Virus record (IMG/VR): IMGVR_UViG_2579778535_000015
Reading direction: 5' to 3' (one strand)
DNA: 11,520 nucleotides
Source: a virus
Taxonomy: Duplodnaviria; Heunggongvirae; Uroviricota; Caudoviricetes
The notes under the pieces were generated by a model. That model had not been told where the DNA came from. It worked only from the letters and a program-made list of their open reading frames with translations, and ran no database searches. A program made the translations under genes and the position numbers. Within the stretch, counting starts at the first letter, position 1; each line of letters starts with the position of its first letter. Positions 8,171 to 11,520 of the stretch are shown here, piece by piece.

Positions 8171-8797
8171 ATGAAACAAAAATCAAAGTCTGCTGCCATT
8201 GCTGCTATTGCTACAGCTCTGACAGCATCACTGGCTCCGGTGCCAGCTAAAAGCACGATACTACCAACAACAGTTATTGAATCCGTGACACACGCCAGAG
8301 TGGTTTCAATGCTTACATTTGAGCATCATGATGGTCAGGTGTTTCTGCCTCTTGAAGAAGCTATTGAATATATCAACGGGCTGAATGACAACATGCGTGC
8401 CGCGCTCAATGCAGTCATTGAAGAACGACAGAACAGAGGCAAGGGAGCTCTGTTTGCTGACAAAACCGCAAAAATCATAAAAATATGCGAAGAGTCACTT
8501 AAGCAGCACAGCCGTGTTAAAGAGGCTGTCAAAATTGTAATGGATCCGGATAACCTGGCAAAAATGTATCCGGATAGCATGGAGCAAAGAATCGCCTATC
8601 GCAATAAACTGGTTCGTTTTGGTCGGGCAATTGCGCAGGGAGAGTTTATCGCTCGTGATGCCATCAACGCCATCAAACGAAGCACCGCACCAGACAAAAC
8701 GACCAGCCTAGGCAATACGCTGTCTGACGGAAATGTGAAAGCAATGATTATTGCCGAGCATAAAAACATGGGACTCCCGGCACCGGAGTTTTCCTGA
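8171..8797 (+). CDS. Hypothetical protein, upstream partner of the YafO-like gene; possible N-terminal signal peptide
   Basis: ORF in track as 8159..8797. I prefer the ATG at 8171 (MKQKSKSAAIAAIATALTASLAPVPAKS...), which has GGAG 6 nt upstream. About 208 aa, predicted mostly helical, no family recognised by eye. Its stop overlaps the next gene's ATG (TGATG at 8795-8799). Confidence 0.55.
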   Translation: MKQKSKSAAIAAIATALTASLAPVPAKSTILPTTVIESVTHARVVSMLTFEHHDGQVFLPLEEAIEYINGLNDNMRAALNAVIEERQNRGKGALFADKTAKIIKICEESLKQHSRVKEAVKIVMDPDNLAKMYPDSMEQRIAYRNKLVRFGRAIAQGEFIARDAINAIKRSTAPDKTTSLGNTLSDGNVKAMIIAEHKNMGLPAPEFS

Positions 8798-9177
8798 TGG
8801 CAAGCAAAGTAAGCATTCATAAAGATGTTGAATACCAGGACATTGCAAAAGTTTACGGAAAGGCTCTGGAAAACTGGTTAAATACCGGTGTTCTCCCTGA
8901 CAGATTCGGCAATGAAGGGCAGTGGGAAGATAACGCAAGATTATGTGGTTCGTTTGTATATAAATTACACATAAGACTACCGTCAGAACCACCATGGAAG
9001 AAAAGCAAAGCCCAAATAGACAGAACTTCAAATATCTATCTGGTTTATACAAGGCACTGGATGGATTATGACAATATACAAATCATCAGCATCATGGCCC
9101 CAGATGCTCACGAAAAAGCCAAAACTTCTTTCATGGCTGAGCTGGAAAGACGGGCAGAAGAATTCCAGAACTCATAA
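8797..9177 (+). CDS. YafO-like toxin-domain protein (type II TA toxin family, ribosome-dependent mRNA interferase)
   Basis: 126-aa ORF. Recalled E. coli YafO shares GVLPDxFG, the HIxL block, the stretch RTSNIYLVYTRHWMDYDNIQIISIMAPDAHEKA (YafO: RTNDEAHLVYCQGAFDEQAWLLIAILKPEPHKLA) and a C-terminal MAE..R..F. Start is translationally coupled to the upstream ORF. Followed by a strong intrinsic terminator. Confidence 0.62.
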   Translation: MASKVSIHKDVEYQDIAKVYGKALENWLNTGVLPDRFGNEGQWEDNARLCGSFVYKLHIRLPSEPPWKKSKAQIDRTSNIYLVYTRHWMDYDNIQIISIMAPDAHEKAKTSFMAELERRAEEFQNS

Positions 9178-9200
9178 ATTGCCTGATTTTCTCCCAGAAA

Positions 9201-9232
9201 CCCGCAGCGTAAAAACTGCGGGTTTTCTTTTT
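9201..9232 (+). terminator. Rho-independent terminator after the YafO-like gene
   Basis: CCCGCAG (9201-9207), loop CGTAAAAA, CTGCGGG (9216-9222), followed by TTTTCTTTTT (9223-9232). Confidence 0.75.
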
Positions 9233-9256
9233 GGTGCCCTCACAAATGAGGGCACC
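9233..9256. repeat. Perfect 10-bp inverted repeat GGTGCCCTCA-CAAA-TGAGGGCACC
   Basis: Directly abuts the terminator T-tract. No U-tract follows on the plus strand, so it is probably not a second terminator. Possibly a protein-binding palindrome or RNA structure. Confidence 0.4.
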
Positions 9257-9279
9257 ATACATAAGCAATAGGCATAACA

Positions 9280-9317
9280 GATCGATGCAATAAATCCGAT
9301 CGATAAAAACGATCGAT
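9280..9317. promoter_or_regulatory. Cluster of three GATCGAT direct repeats (three Dam GATC sites) upstream of the com-like gene
   Basis: GATCGAT at 9280-9286, 9298-9304 and 9311-9317, in a 38-bp AT-rich stretch about 45-80 bp upstream of the com start. Resembles the three-GATC regulatory region upstream of the Mu mom promoter. Confidence 0.45.
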
Positions 9318-9361
9318 TTGTTATCATATCGGCAGCAGTAACCACACAAGAGGTGCCGCAA

Positions 9362-9559
9362 ATGACGCAAAATGTACGATGCAAAAATTGCAACAAACTA
9401 CTTGCCCGCGCCTCATTTCACTACATTGAAATAAAATGTCCGCGCTGCAAAACACTTAACCAGATAACGAGAGCCATCGAGCACCCCACACACATGAGGA
9501 GTTATGACCGTGGGGATCGCAATCCAGCACCAACCAGCACATACACCGGAACACACTAA
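9362..9559 (+). CDS. com: Com-like zinc-finger translational activator (phage Mu Com family)
   Basis: Track ORF 9353..9559 begins at GTG. I prefer the ATG at 9362 (MTQNVRCKNCNKLLARASFHYIEIKCPRCKTLNQI...), with AAGAGGTG Shine-Dalgarno 6 nt upstream. Two CxxC pairs (CKNC, CPRC) and a recalled Mu Com-like N-terminal region. The 3' end overlaps the start of the methyltransferase gene by 56 nt. Confidence 0.75.
   Translation: MTQNVRCKNCNKLLARASFHYIEIKCPRCKTLNQITRAIEHPTHMRSYDRGDRNPAPTSTYTGTH
9484..9515 (+). promoter_or_regulatory. Candidate mRNA stem-loop enclosing the methyltransferase Shine-Dalgarno and start codon
   Basis: CCCCAC (9484-9489) can pair with GTGGGG (9510-9515). The 20-nt loop contains GAGGAG (9496-9501) and the ATG at 9504. 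By analogy with Mu, Com binding could open this structure. Stability not computed. Confidence 0.35.
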
Positions 9560-10295
9560 GGTTTATCAGACTGACAATGCCACGCTCTGTCGTGGGAATG
9601 CGCTGGAAATATTGCCGCTGATTGAGCCAGAAAGCATTGATGCCTTAATCACTGACCCACCTTACAGTTCGGGTGCGACACACAAGGCCGGACGCACCAA
9701 CCAGGGCAGCCATGCAAAATATCTGAACGGCGAGAACCTTCACCGCTTTGATGGGTTCGCGGGTGAAAACATGGACGCCCGTTCGTGGGCTTACTGGACA
9801 CAATTATGGATGGCACAGGCACACCGCGCAGTCAGGCCGGGCGGTTATGCCCTGGTATTTACTGACTGGCGACAACTACCAGCTTTAACCGATGCGTTTC
9901 AGGCCAGTGGCTTTACATGGCGCGGCATCATTGCGTGGAACAAAGGGAGGGGGTCACGAACACCACATACCGGGTATTTCCGGCATCAGTGCGAATACAT
10001 CGTCTGGGGCAGCAAAGGCCATTTAGATAAATCGCCTTCGGGACCGTTCGACGGCTGCATGACGTTCCCGGTTATCCCGTCAAAGAAAATGCACCCAACC
10101 GGAAAACCAGAAGAACTAATGGCGGAACTGGTCAGGACTGTGAATAGTGGCGGAACAGTCCTTGATCCTTTTATGGGGTCAGGGACAACGGGTGTGGCTG
10201 CACTGAAAGCAGGACGCAAATTTATTGGTATAGAAACCAGTGATCATTATTTTGATGTAGCAACACAACGGCTCAAAACGGCGATCGAACCATAA
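9504..10295 (+). CDS. Beta-class amino DNA methyltransferase (N6-adenine or N4-cytosine), probable orphan phage methyltransferase
   Basis: 263-aa ORF with motif IV (ITDPPYSSG) near the N-terminus and motif I (FMGSGTTGVAALKAGRKFIGIE) near the C-terminus, the order that defines beta-class amino-MTases. No adjacent endonuclease gene. Start could be the ATG at 9504 or the GTG at 9510. Confidence 0.85.
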   Translation: MTVGIAIQHQPAHTPEHTKVYQTDNATLCRGNALEILPLIEPESIDALITDPPYSSGATHKAGRTNQGSHAKYLNGENLHRFDGFAGENMDARSWAYWTQLWMAQAHRAVRPGGYALVFTDWRQLPALTDAFQASGFTWRGIIAWNKGRGSRTPHTGYFRHQCEYIVWGSKGHLDKSPSGPFDGCMTFPVIPSKKMHPTGKPEELMAELVRTVNSGGTVLDPFMGSGTTGVAALKAGRKFIGIETSDHYFDVATQRLKTAIEP

Positions 10296-10299
10296 GACA

Positions 10300-10321
10300 A
10301 AGCCCGCAATGTTGCGGGCTT
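10300..10321. terminator. Palindromic hairpin after the methyltransferase gene (weak or bidirectional terminator candidate)
   Basis: AAGCCCGCAA-TG-TTGCGGGCTT is a perfect 10-bp inverted repeat, 5 bp after the MTase stop. The downstream T-tract on the plus strand is poor (TT then ACTCTACC). Confidence 0.45.
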
Positions 10322-10524
10322 ACTCTACCTCTCGAAAATGTGGTCACTGCGTGGACATACGCTGATACAAATCCTTTTATATCAATAAATTAAATCTTTG
10401 TTTTTTTCATCAACAAGGATTTTCACGTTTGTGTTACCTGTATGAGACGAGAGTTAACCGGACAAGTGTGCCATAATCTCGCGGCCAGGCATACTTGCGA
10501 AGATTTCAGGTATAAGGATACGTA

Positions 10525-11520
10525 ATGATACAACCTATTTCCGGCCCTCCTCCTGGGCAACCACCAGGTCAGGGAGATAATCTGCCGTCTGGCACGGGCA
10601 ATCAGCCTTTATCCAGTCAGCAACGTACTTCGCTGGAAAGCTTAATGACGAAAGTGACCTCACTGACGCAACAGCAAAGAGCAGAACTGTGGGCGGGTAT
10701 CAGGCACGATATTGGTCTGTCGGGAGATTCACCGCTGCTTTCGCGTCACTTCCCTGCCGCTGAGCATAATCTGGCGCAACGTCTGCTGGCCGCGCAAAAA
10801 AGCCATTCTGCCCGCCAGCTTTTAGCGCAATTAGGGGAGTATTTACGTCTGGGGAATAATCGTCAGGCGGTCACGGATTATATCCGTCATAACTTTGGTC
10901 AGACGCCGCTGAATCAGCTCTCACCGGAGCAATTAAAAACCATTCTCACCCTGTTGCAGGAAGGGAAGATGGTTATTCCGCAACCACAGCAGCGCGAGGC
11001 GACCGACCGTCCTTTATTACCGGCGGAGCACAATGCGCTAAAACAGCTGGTGACCAAACTTGCGGCGGCAACGGGGGAACCCAGCAAACAGATCTGGCAA
11101 TCGATGCTGGAACTTTCCGGGGTGAAAGATGGCGAGTTAATTCCAGCGAAACTGTTTAACCATCTGGTGACCTGGCTACAGGCGCGTCAGACGCTAAGCC
11201 AGCAAAATACGCCGACGCTGGAATCACTACAGATGACGCTAAAACAACCTTTAGATGCCAGTGAACTGGCGGCGTTATCGGCATATATCCAGCAAAAATA
11301 TGGTCTTTCTGCGCAATCATCGCTTTCTTCTGCCCAGGCCGAGGATATTCTTAATCAGCTTTATCAACGGCGGGTTAAAGGGATTGATCCGCGTGTTATG
11401 CAACCGCTGCTTAATCCTTTTCCACCGATGATGGACACGTTGCAAAATATGGCAACGCGTCCCGCGCTGTGGATACTGTTAGTCGCGATTATCCTGATGC
11501 TGGTCTGGCTGGTTCGTTAA
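10525..11520 (+). CDS. flk: Flagellar regulator Flk (tail-anchored inner-membrane protein)
   Basis: 331-aa ORF with Pro/Gly/Gln-rich N-terminus (MIQPISGPPPGQPPGQG) and a C-terminal hydrophobic anchor (ALWILLVAIILMLVWLVR). Length and sequence match my recollection of enterobacterial Flk. AAGGAT Shine-Dalgarno upstream of the ATG. Confidence 0.8.
   Translation: MIQPISGPPPGQPPGQGDNLPSGTGNQPLSSQQRTSLESLMTKVTSLTQQQRAELWAGIRHDIGLSGDSPLLSRHFPAAEHNLAQRLLAAQKSHSARQLLAQLGEYLRLGNNRQAVTDYIRHNFGQTPLNQLSPEQLKTILTLLQEGKMVIPQPQQREATDRPLLPAEHNALKQLVTKLAAATGEPSKQIWQSMLELSGVKDGELIPAKLFNHLVTWLQARQTLSQQNTPTLESLQMTLKQPLDASELAALSAYIQQKYGLSAQSSLSSAQAEDILNQLYQRRVKGIDPRVMQPLLNPFPPMMDTLQNMATRPALWILLVAIILMLVWLVR

Noticed and set aside
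7894-8250. 118-aa plus-strand ORF in the ogr-to-cargo intergenic region
   Set aside because: It overlaps the better-supported 8171 start of the next gene in a different frame, ends in a Cys/Tyr low-complexity tail, and has no convincing Shine-Dalgarno. The region more likely holds promoter or terminator DNA. A small real gene is not fully excluded.
1-11520. CRISPR arrays, tRNA/rRNA genes, IS elements or integrase genes
   Set aside because: No regularly spaced direct repeats, no tRNA-like cloverleaf candidates and no transposase- or integrase-like ORFs were seen on either strand.

Overview
This window reads as an enterobacterial chromosome segment carrying the tail-module end of a P2-like myovirus prophage, then a roughly 2.5 kb accessory islet, then the host gene flk. 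All identifications are from reading the ORF translations and the DNA by eye and from recalled family features; no database search was run. From the left: a Pin/Gin/Hin-family DNA invertase (1-600, +); a co-directional minus-strand block encoding P2-type tail proteins U, T (tape measure), E with its -1 frameshift extension E', FII (tube) and FI (sheath) (627-6202); then on the plus strand tail protein D and the Ogr zinc-finger late activator (6360-7772). The FI-U block is inverted relative to D-ogr compared with the canonical P2 order. Downstream of ogr lie two cargo modules that look horizontally acquired: (a) a translationally coupled pair, a 208-aa uncharacterised protein plus a YafO-like toxin-domain protein (8171-9177); and (b) a Mu Com-like zinc-finger gene overlapping the start of a beta-class DPPY DNA methyltransferase, preceded by three clustered GATC sites and a start-codon-sequestering stem-loop (9280-10295), an architecture resembling the Mu com-mom operon but with a methyltransferase in place of Mom. 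These two modules are the best candidates for an undescribed defence or anti-defence system. The window ends with a 331-aa tail-anchored protein that I recognise as Flk (10525-11520). No tRNA, rRNA, CRISPR array or IS element was seen.
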